Assembly: GCA_045544995.1 (NCBI GenBank)
Contig: JAZQAE010000119.1
Location: 1,857-65,856, forward strand
Direction: 5' to 3'
DNA: 64,000 nt
Source of the DNA: Eubacteriales bacterium
GTDB taxonomy: Bacteria; Bacillota; Clostridia; Oscillospirales; QAKW01
Made by a program: the position numbers and the translations under genes. Of this stretch, positions 57,514 through 64,000 are shown piece after piece (position 1 is the first letter of the stretch; each line of letters opens with the position of its first letter). The notes under the pieces are model-generated. The model made no database searches and was not told the origin of the DNA. It worked only from the letters and a program-made list of their open reading frames with translations.

Positions 57514-59151
57514 ATGAAGACCAGCAAGACGTCACAACGTGTGTTACCGGGAATCACTTTGTATTCCCTCGTTTTTGTGCGCTATCTTTATTACGGTGTT
57601 CAATACTTTTATCAACTGGACGACTATATCCAGTATCATAACTATGCCTTTTTCAATGAGAATCTATGGAAATTGATCTGCGAAATGGGAATGCTTCAGG
57701 CACGTCCGGCGGCCGGCATGGCCGACGTCTTGCTCTGGAGCCGCTTCTTCCCGGTAATGATTTTGGCGGTGGCCATTCTTGCCGGTCTTTATACCGTAGC
57801 CGGATTGCTTTTGCGGCGTGTTTTTCAGCGCCATTTCCGGATCGGTTGGCTGTTTGCCGTCGTTTTTGCACTTCTGCCCTTAGGCTTTGAAGGCACCTAT
57901 TGGGTCAGTGCTTCTTCCCGTATCGTGATGGGGTTATTTTTTGCCTCTTTGGGGGCTTGGCTGTTTCAGCGTTATTTGGATGGGGCTTCTTGGGGCTGTC
58001 TTGCCGGTGCGCTGGCGCTACAATTTTTGGGCTCTTGTTTTTATGAACAGGCGCTGGTCTTTTCGGTGGCGTTGTTTGCGCTTTTAGGACTTTTGAATTT
58101 TCGCCAGTATCGGCGGAAGTGTTTATGGGCAGGATTTCCGATTTTTAATACGGCGCTTTACTTCTTGCTGACCTCTTTGATGCCCTCCGGAAACCTTTAT
58201 GCCGGCAGGATGAAGTTGGTTCTTCCGAATGATCCTTATTATTTCAAGGCCTTTCTCCCGGATCTTTTAGGACAGATCAAATCTGTTTTTTGGGACGGAA
58301 ATTGGCAAACCATCGGGAAAGGCTTTTGGCGTGGTGCAGAGATCTTGATTCAGGACGGAGCGGTATGGTTCGCTCTGTTGCTGGCGGGGCTTTGCTTTGC
58401 TTTTGGCTGGAGCATTCTCCGTTCTCAGAAGACAGAAACGGCGAAGAGCTCTTTGCCGATGGCTCTGTTGGTCGGGATACTGCTGACTGTGGCACCTATT
58501 GCACCGTTTTTTGTGTTGGAGAATCCCTGGTTTTCTTTCCGGGGTGCCGTTTTTAGTTTTTCGGGACTTGCCCTGACGGCGGACGTTCTTTTGACTGCAC
58601 TTTGGAGCCGATGGAAGAAGGGATGGATTGTTTCGTCGGCCGTTACGGCATCCATCGCATTGGTATTTTGCGTAGCAGGGATTTCAGAATTACACGACTA
58701 TAAGGAAACGATGGAAAACGATCACCGTGCGGTAGAAGCAATCATTAGTCAAATTGATCTTACGGATCCAAATAAAAGAATCGGAATCTTAGGGATGGAA
58801 AAAAGCTTTTTAGAGGATCAAAATTTCTTTTGGCATGAGCATATCCACGGCGTGACGGAAAGCGATTGGGCGTTGACCGGACTTCTTCAATATAAGACGA
58901 AGCAAGAGCAACTTCCCAAGATTGTTCCGCTTCAGTCGGCAGAGATCTATCGGGCTTGGAATTATCAAACCAACCGGATTGATGGATTCGATCAGCTTTA
59001 TTATTATCAGTACGAAAATAACACCCTTATCCCATTGCAGGCAAAGCAAACGGGGGAGAGAACCTTTGAACTTTATAACGAGGACGGGGCGTTGTTTGGC
59101 TATGTGACCGAAGCGGCCGGCCAAGCAAGCCTTGCTATTCAGGAAAAATAA
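57514..59151 (+). CDS. polytopic membrane protein, possibly a GtrII-like glycosyltransferase
   Basis: More than 10 TM helices plus a C-terminal soluble domain. [12 protein letters not shown] resembles the Glucos_trans_II N-terminus; this is tentative. Confidence 0.7.
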   Translation: MKTSKTSQRVLPGITLYSLVFVRYLYYGVQYFYQLDDYIQYHNYAFFNENLWKLICEMGMLQARPAAGMADVLLWSRFFPVMILAVAILAGLYTVAGLLLRRVFQRHFRIGWLFAVVFALLPLGFEGTYWVSASSRIVMGLFFASLGAWLFQRYLDGASWGCLAGALALQFLGSCFYEQALVFSVALFALLGLLNFRQYRRKCLWAGFPIFNTALYFLLTSLMPSGNLYAGRMKLVLPNDPYYFKAFLPDLLGQIKSVFWDGNWQTIGKGFWRGAEILIQDGAVWFALLLAGLCFAFGWSILRSQKTETAKSSLPMALLVGILLTVAPIAPFFVLENPWFSFRGAVFSFSGLALTADVLLTALWSRWKKGWIVSSAVTASIALVFCVAGISELHDYKETMENDHRAVEAIISQIDLTDPNKRIGILGMEKSFLEDQNFFWHEHIHGVTESDWALTGLLQYKTKQEQLPKIVPLQSAEIYRAWNYQTNRIDGFDQLYYYQYENNTLIPLQAKQTGERTFELYNEDGALFGYVTEAAGQASLAIQEK

Positions 59152-59182
59152 AAAAGCGGATCTCATAAGAGATCCGCTTTTG
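59152..59182. terminator. bidirectional terminator
   Basis: aaaagcggatctc ataa gagatccgctttt. Confidence 0.8.
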
Positions 59183-59197
59183 TAGCGTCAAACGAAA

Positions 59198-59386
59198 TTA
59201 TACAGCTCTTTCTACCTTGCCGGAGCGGAGACATCTGGAGCAAACATACACACGCTTGGGAGTGCCGTCTACAACCGCCTTGATACGCTTCACATTGGGC
59301 TTGAACGCCTTGTTGCTGCGACGATGAGAGTGGGACACCTTGATACCAAAGGTAACGCCCTTGCCGCATACTTCACATTTTGCCAT
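59198..59386 (-). CDS. rpmB: 50S ribosomal protein L28 (Cys-containing form)
   Basis: MAKCEVCGKG...SHSHRRSN..FKPN......CSRCLRSGKV. RBS aaggagg. Confidence 0.95.
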   Translation of the reverse strand: MAKCEVCGKGVTFGIKVSHSHRRSNKAFKPNVKRIKAVVDGTPKRVYVCSRCLRSGKVERAV

Positions 59387-59404
59387 GATGAACACCTCCT
59401 TTTT

Positions 59405-59682
59405 AAGAGTGGGTAAAGTAGTCCGAACTTGCCTCAATCCGGCATATTTCGGCGCTTTTTCCCCGATTTATTCTTGCAAGGCGACGGCCTTGCTTCGCCT
59501 AAATCTGAGAAAAATCCCTCGAAATCTTCTCGGATTGAGGTCGAAGATTTCAAAAAGTGCGGATTTTTGCTCGATCAAGGCATAAAACGCAGTCAATACT
59601 TAGTGTATTGGCGAGTATTTTAACGACGAGTGAGCAAAAATCCGCCTTATTGAAACAGGCTCGGATTACTTTACCCACTCTT
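59405..59682 (-). promoter_or_regulatory. long structured 5' leader of rpmB (unclassified)
   Basis: 22-bp closing stem 59405-59426/59661-59682. Internal stems 59432-41/59531-40, 59476-82/59487-93 and 59559-72/59632-45. A competing hairpin at 59521-29/59543-51. Confidence 0.5.
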
Positions 59683-59694
59683 CGTGCAACAGAT

Positions 59695-59723
59695 ATTTTA
59701 ACACAGTTTTTTCTGAAAAGCAA
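59695..59723 (-). promoter_or_regulatory. sigma-A promoter driving the rpmB leader
   Basis: Minus strand: TTGCTT, 17-nt spacer, TAAAAT, with a TG extended -10. Confidence 0.55.
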
Positions 59724-59755
59724 GTCTTTTTTTTATAAAAAATTAAACATTTTAT

Positions 59756-59784
59756 TTGCGTATATCATTACAATTTGGTATAAT
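59756..59784 (+). promoter_or_regulatory. sigma-A promoter for hprK
   Basis: TTGCGT, 17-nt spacer, TATAAT, with a TG extended -10. Confidence 0.5.
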
Positions 59785-59817
59785 GTGTATAATACGACGA
59801 TATAAGGAGGTGGCGGA

Positions 59818-60747
59818 ATGTCTCAAGAGAAGAAACTGACCCTTGCGGAAATGATGAAACGGATGGGTCTGGAAGCCATTTATATGCCCATCGGCGGCTT
59901 GGATACGGAGATCACGTCTACGGATATTAACCGTCCTGCCTTGCAGTTGGTGGGTTTTTTTGATTACTTTGATGAAAGCCGGATCCAGGTTCTGGGCAAG
60001 GTCGAGCATACCTATCTCGATCATTTTGATGAAGCGAAACGGCGGGAGATCTTTGAACGGCTGTTTGAATTCCGCTTCCCGGCACTTGTGATCACCCGAG
60101 GCCTCGAAGGGTATCCGGAACTCATTGAGATTGCGGAAAAATATAAAGTTCCTATTCTTAAAACGAATATGCACACCGCTCAGTTTGTCAGCGGAGCCAT
60201 CTTCTTTTTGAATGAGCGCTTAGGCCCTCAGATCACCACCCACGGCGTTTTGGTCGAGGTTTACGGTGAAGGTATCTTGCTGACCGGCGAAAGCGGTGTC
60301 GGTAAAAGTGAGACCGCTATCGAGTTGGTTAAGCGGGGCCATCGTCTGATCGCAGACGATGCGGTGGTCATCAAGCGGATCACCTCTACTTCTTTGAAAG
60401 GTACGTCTCCCTCTAATATCCAATATTTTATTGAGTTGAGGGGTATCGGAATTATCAATGTCCAGAAGATCTTCGGTATGGGTGCCGTCAAAGAGGATGC
60501 GATGATTGATATGGAGATCCATCTGGAAAACTGGGATCAGTCCAAGGTCTACGACCGCTTGGGGCTGGATACCGTCTATAATAATATCCTCGGCGTTGAC
60601 GTGCCGATCCTGACCATTCCCGTCAAACCCGGTCGAAACTTAGCGGTCATCATCGAGGTTGCGGCAATGAATAACCGTCAGAAACGGCTTGGTTACAATG
60701 CGGCAGAAGAAATCAATAAACTGATCATGGGCGAAATGGAGATGTAA
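59818..60747 (+). CDS. hprK: HPr kinase/phosphorylase
   Basis: HGVLVEVYGEGILLTGESGVGKSE (P-loop) and IELRGIGIINV. Confidence 0.95.
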   Translation: MSQEKKLTLAEMMKRMGLEAIYMPIGGLDTEITSTDINRPALQLVGFFDYFDESRIQVLGKVEHTYLDHFDEAKRREIFERLFEFRFPALVITRGLEGYPELIEIAEKYKVPILKTNMHTAQFVSGAIFFLNERLGPQITTHGVLVEVYGEGILLTGESGVGKSETAIELVKRGHRLIADDAVVIKRITSTSLKGTSPSNIQYFIELRGIGIINVQKIFGMGAVKEDAMIDMEIHLENWDQSKVYDRLGLDTVYNNILGVDVPILTIPVKPGRNLAVIIEVAAMNNRQKRLGYNAAEEINKLIMGEMEM

Positions 60748-61697
60748 TGATGTATTATTTAGGAATTGATCTGGGCGGTACCAATATTGCCGCCGGTATA
60801 GTAAACGAGCAGATGGAATTGGTCTATAAGACCAGTATTCCCACCAATGCTAAAAGCGGTGCGGAGACCGTTATTCAAAGAATGGCAGAAGTGGCGAATA
60901 AGGTAATGGAAGGTGCCAAAGTTTCGGTGGATGAGGTCAAGAGCATCGGGATCGGTTCCCCCGGTTCTATAGATCCGGAACGGGGGATGGTCATTTATGC
61001 CAATAATCTGGATTTCTATGATCTGCCGATGGCAGAGATGCTGGGTGAATATTTTCCCGGCAAGCCGATCTACGTGGAAAACGATGCCAACGTGGCGGCT
61101 TGGGCAGAGGCAAAATGCGGGGCTGCCGCAGGAGTGCGGGATAGTGTAACCATTACTTTGGGAACCGGTGTCGGTGGCGGAATGGTCATCATTGGCAAAC
61201 TTTATAGCGGATTTAACCATGCCGGTGCCGAGATGGGTCATATCGTCATCAAAGAGGGCGGCCGTCCCTGCACCTGCGGTCGGAAAGGCTGTTGGGAAGC
61301 CTATGCCTCCGTTACCGGTTTGATTAAGACTACCCAGGAGCATATGGAGGCGAATTTGGATTCCATGATGTGGAAAATCGCCGGCTCTTTGGATAAAGTC
61401 AACGGCCTGACTTCTTTCGACGCTATGCGTAAGGGAGATGAAGAGGCGAAAAAAGTGGTGGACGAATATCTCCACTCCGTAGCTACCGGGTTGGTGGATA
61501 TTATCAACGTTCTGCAGCCGGAAGTCCTCTGTATCGGCGGCGGAATCTCTAAAGAGGGAGATTACCTCTTGAAGCCGATTAAGGAACATGCGGAGAGGGA
61601 GATGTATGCACGGTATAATAAGGTGCGTACTGAGATCCGTATCGCAAAACTGGGCAACGATGCCGGAATTATCGGTGCCGCTCTCTTAGGGGTTTAA
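60747..61697 (+). CDS. ROK-family glucokinase
   Basis: GIDLGGTN and the ROK zinc motif GHIV....G..C.CG..GCWE. Confidence 0.9.
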   Translation: MMYYLGIDLGGTNIAAGIVNEQMELVYKTSIPTNAKSGAETVIQRMAEVANKVMEGAKVSVDEVKSIGIGSPGSIDPERGMVIYANNLDFYDLPMAEMLGEYFPGKPIYVENDANVAAWAEAKCGAAAGVRDSVTITLGTGVGGGMVIIGKLYSGFNHAGAEMGHIVIKEGGRPCTCGRKGCWEAYASVTGLIKTTQEHMEANLDSMMWKIAGSLDKVNGLTSFDAMRKGDEEAKKVVDEYLHSVATGLVDIINVLQPEVLCIGGGISKEGDYLLKPIKEHAEREMYARYNKVRTEIRIAKLGNDAGIIGAALLGV

Positions 61698-61703
61698 GTT
61701 AAA

Positions 61704-61737
61704 ATGCCGTCATCAATCGCTGGTGACGGCATTTTTG
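61704..61737 (+). terminator. rho-independent terminator
   Basis: atgccgtca / tgacggcat followed by ttttt. Confidence 0.8.
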
Positions 61738-61810
61738 ACTTTTTCATAAAAATGTTCTTGACAATTCAAAAGGAAATGCTTATAATAATCAAGTGACTTG
61801 AACCATATAT

Positions 61811-61886
61811 AGGGGTATAGCTCAGCTGGTAGAGCAGCGGTCTCCAAAACCGCGTGTCGTGGGTTCGATTCCTACTGCCCCTGCCA
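61811..61886 (+). tRNA. tRNA-Trp (anticodon CCA)
   Basis: Hand-folded cloverleaf. Anticodon loop CUCCAAA, GGTTCGATTCC T-arm, encoded CCA. Confidence 0.93.
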
Positions 61887-61888
61887 CA

Positions 61889-61922
61889 AAAACAGCCTTG
61901 GCTTCTGCCAAGGCTGTTTTTG
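61889..61922 (+). terminator. terminator after tRNA-Trp
   Basis: aacagccttgg cttctg ccaaggctgtt followed by ttt. Confidence 0.8.
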
Positions 61923-61936
61923 TATCATGGGCCTCG

Positions 61937-62085
61937 GAATTGAACTTTTTTGCTTTGCAAAAAAGTTCGTTGAGGCAGCCGTAAAGCCACGATAGGCTTT
62001 GCGGACTGCCGTGTCTCGAGCACGACGGTTTTGCTGCAAACGGCTTGGAGCCGTCGGCAAAAACCGAGAGCGCAGAGTTTCCTGC
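61937..62085 (+). repeat. structured repeat copy B (about 150 nt), homologous to 20475-20625
   Basis: Same order of stems as copy A, with compensatory substitutions. Plus-strand polarity by G-U pairs. Confidence 0.6.
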
Positions 62086-62255
62086 CCCCTAAAGTTTGCA
62101 GGAACTTCCCGATGTTGCAAAGGGGTAGATTCATATCACCCCCCCTGCAGAGTTCCCCATTCTCTTTGTTTTGAAGAAAACTATATACACCTAAACATAT
62201 TTGTGATATTATAAAATTAGGATGCTTCTATTTTGTGTGCGTGTGAGGTTTTACT

Positions 62256-63899
62256 ATGGCGATAAATAAAGTTGAAATCATGAAAAAACTAATACTGGGT
62301 ATAGGTGCTGTTTTATTTATTGGAATTATTATCTTTATAACCCGAGATACTACCGTTGATTTCAGCGGGACAGTTGAAGAAATTAAAAGAAGCGAAGACG
62401 GTAACGTTGCCTATGTTATTTCGGCAATAAACGGGGAACTTGCGATAATAGCTGACGGTAAAACAAAATACACACTTTATTCGGATCAAGAAATATTGGC
62501 AGACTATGTTTCGGTTGGTGATATCATAACCGGGGACTATAGGCTCTTTAATAAAGAGTGTGCAAAAAACATCTGTGTAACCCCACATAGCGGTGCGATT
62601 CAAAACAAGCAATATGCTTACGACAGCGTGGTGTATTCAATCCAACCGACAAGCTTTGTGAAAAAGAAACATATTGCAATAGAGGGTGAAGACAACGTTC
62701 TGTCAGAATATAATTATACTGCGGGAAATACTTGGGGATATCATAGTGATAACAAACTGAATTTTAAGAAGGATATTCTTACAGAGAAGAACTTTGATGA
62801 TTGTATAAAGGATAAGGAACTTGCAAAAAGCATCAGAAAAAATAATCTTAGCGCTTTTGCGGCAAGTGGCACATATCTTTTAGAGCAAAAAAACGGTGAT
62901 GTTTATTACTTCTCTAAAACGCTCCCTGACGGCGATATCAATAAAATTTATAAGCTTAAAGAGGTGGGAGATATTATCTCTGCCGAAAACGTGACTCTTG
63001 AAAAAGATATTGAATCATATTATAATGCCATGGTGTCCGGCGACGATAAAATGCCGAAATTTCAAACACAGATATCGGATCGATGCAAAGCGTATCTCGA
63101 GGGAAAGTTTGCATATCAGCGTGATACTGTTAAGTGGCTTGAACAAACAATTGACAAACCGACCGTCAAGCTTGAACGGGCAATTAAAAACGGTAATGTT
63201 ATTTTCTATACTGCAAGTACAAACTTTAAATATACGGTTCATACCACAACTGAATATGAGCGAAACCATACAGATAGAATTTACGTTTTGGTTGATTCGG
63301 ATGAAAACAAGATCATTGATTGGTATGTTTCGGGTAATCAGTACGAGGAACAAGTGCGAGGGGCAGTGTTTGAATTTGCGGACACTTCTACTTGGCTCGA
63401 AAACAGAACTTTGAATAACGCAGAAACATTTACCGCTCCCGTTTCCAACGAGATTTCTCCTAAGCCTGACTACAATAGAACTTATGTTAGTTACAATAAA
63501 GATACTATTGTCACCGAAGTAATGGGACTTGATTTTTCAACGGTTTATGATCCTCTGACCGACAATTATATAATCAACAACGGTGGAATGGGACAGCCTA
63601 AGGCGATTGATAAAATTGAGGTAACTAATACATATGTAAAGCTTTGGTTTACAAAAGGAAGTACGTTGCATGCGTGGATGACTGTTGATGAAGGTCCCGG
63701 CAGTATAGATGTCAATCAAGGTTATCATAAACAGATAGATGCGACAGGAGAAGCGTATTATCAAAGTTATAATGAATCCACGCCTTCCACTGTGACTTTT
63801 GGGGAAGAAAACGGGCAAGTAACAATGATGTTTAAATTTGATAAGCCGATTAATGATCCGATAACAGATTTCAGAATCAATTCCGGAAAGGTGGATTAA
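62256..63899 (+). CDS. hypothetical membrane-anchored 547-aa protein (AT-rich accessory gene)
   Basis: N-terminal TM (LILGIGAVLFIGIIIFI) followed by a large Asn/Lys/Tyr-rich extracytoplasmic region. No family recognised. Confidence 0.7.
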   Translation: MAINKVEIMKKLILGIGAVLFIGIIIFITRDTTVDFSGTVEEIKRSEDGNVAYVISAINGELAIIADGKTKYTLYSDQEILADYVSVGDIITGDYRLFNKECAKNICVTPHSGAIQNKQYAYDSVVYSIQPTSFVKKKHIAIEGEDNVLSEYNYTAGNTWGYHSDNKLNFKKDILTEKNFDDCIKDKELAKSIRKNNLSAFAASGTYLLEQKNGDVYYFSKTLPDGDINKIYKLKEVGDIISAENVTLEKDIESYYNAMVSGDDKMPKFQTQISDRCKAYLEGKFAYQRDTVKWLEQTIDKPTVKLERAIKNGNVIFYTASTNFKYTVHTTTEYERNHTDRIYVLVDSDENKIIDWYVSGNQYEEQVRGAVFEFADTSTWLENRTLNNAETFTAPVSNEISPKPDYNRTYVSYNKDTIVTEVMGLDFSTVYDPLTDNYIINNGGMGQPKAIDKIEVTNTYVKLWFTKGSTLHAWMTVDEGPGSIDVNQGYHKQIDATGEAYYQSYNESTPSTVTFGEENGQVTMMFKFDKPINDPITDFRINSGKVD

Positions 63900-64000
63900 A
63901 TCAAAAAGGTGTCGCAAAATAGACTGCTCCAATTTGTGTAGACAGCACAAAAAAGGCATCTATGGTAGCAAATATTAAATTTCAAGCAACATACTGACAT

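Noticed and set aside
59405-59682. 6S RNA.
   Set aside because: The length (about 280 nt) and branched fold do not fit the single long hairpin with a central bubble of about 180-200 nt. The element also abuts the rpmB SD downstream of a promoter.

Overview
This looks like a chromosomal window from a Firmicutes/Clostridia-type genome: Gram-positive RBS usage, hprK, a long-form hpf, and gene order typical of Oscillospirales-like gut anaerobes. This taxonomic call is my inference.

Two kinds of sequence are visible.

(1) Accessory mosaic, about 1-20,640, ending next to tRNA-Ala:
- Small membrane proteins, a nicotinamidase-like hydrolase, a P-loop kinase, a rhodanese lipoprotein and a TipAS protein.
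- A visibly AT-rich block of about 10 kb (about 2.7-12.9 kb). It carries a translationally coupled operon: C5-cytosine methyltransferase, GHKL (MutL/MORC-like) ATPase, Z1 P-loop ATPase, PD-(D/E)XK protein, a 101-aa protein, a short peptide-deformylase paralogue and DUF2971. Three orphan genes follow it.
- A decayed integrative/mobilizable element: sigma-like HTH protein, three tandem MobC-like RHH genes, a ParB-like protein and an internally deleted large serine recombinase.
- GNAT and pnuC copy 1.
- An AT-rich insert with a TPP riboswitch in front of a 48-codon ORF, and a SLATT (DUF4231)-TIR gene pair.

(2) Housekeeping core, about 20.9-61.9 kb: proBAC, glyA, an aminotransferase, a ZIP transporter, pnuC copy 2, tRNA-Leu, a nucleoside catabolism operon (deoC-deoD-deoB-cdd-pdp), uvrC-rsmD-coaD, hpf, tatD-metG, pduL, PBP1A, rpmB, hprK, glucokinase and tRNA-Trp. 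After tRNA-Trp another AT-rich accessory segment begins (62.2-64 kb).

The most interesting unexplained signals:
- A conserved terminator/antiterminator leader shared by both diverged pnuC paralogues.
- A structured repeat of about 150 nt, with several compensatory stem substitutions, sitting just downstream of tRNA-Ala and tRNA-Trp.
- The extra genes fused to the methylase-linked GHKL/Z1 restriction-like cassette.
- The SLATT-TIR pair.
- The orphan TPP riboswitch unit.
- A long structured leader of about 280 nt in front of rpmB.

No CRISPR array, rRNA or intact transposase was seen. All calls come from reading motifs by eye; no database search was run.
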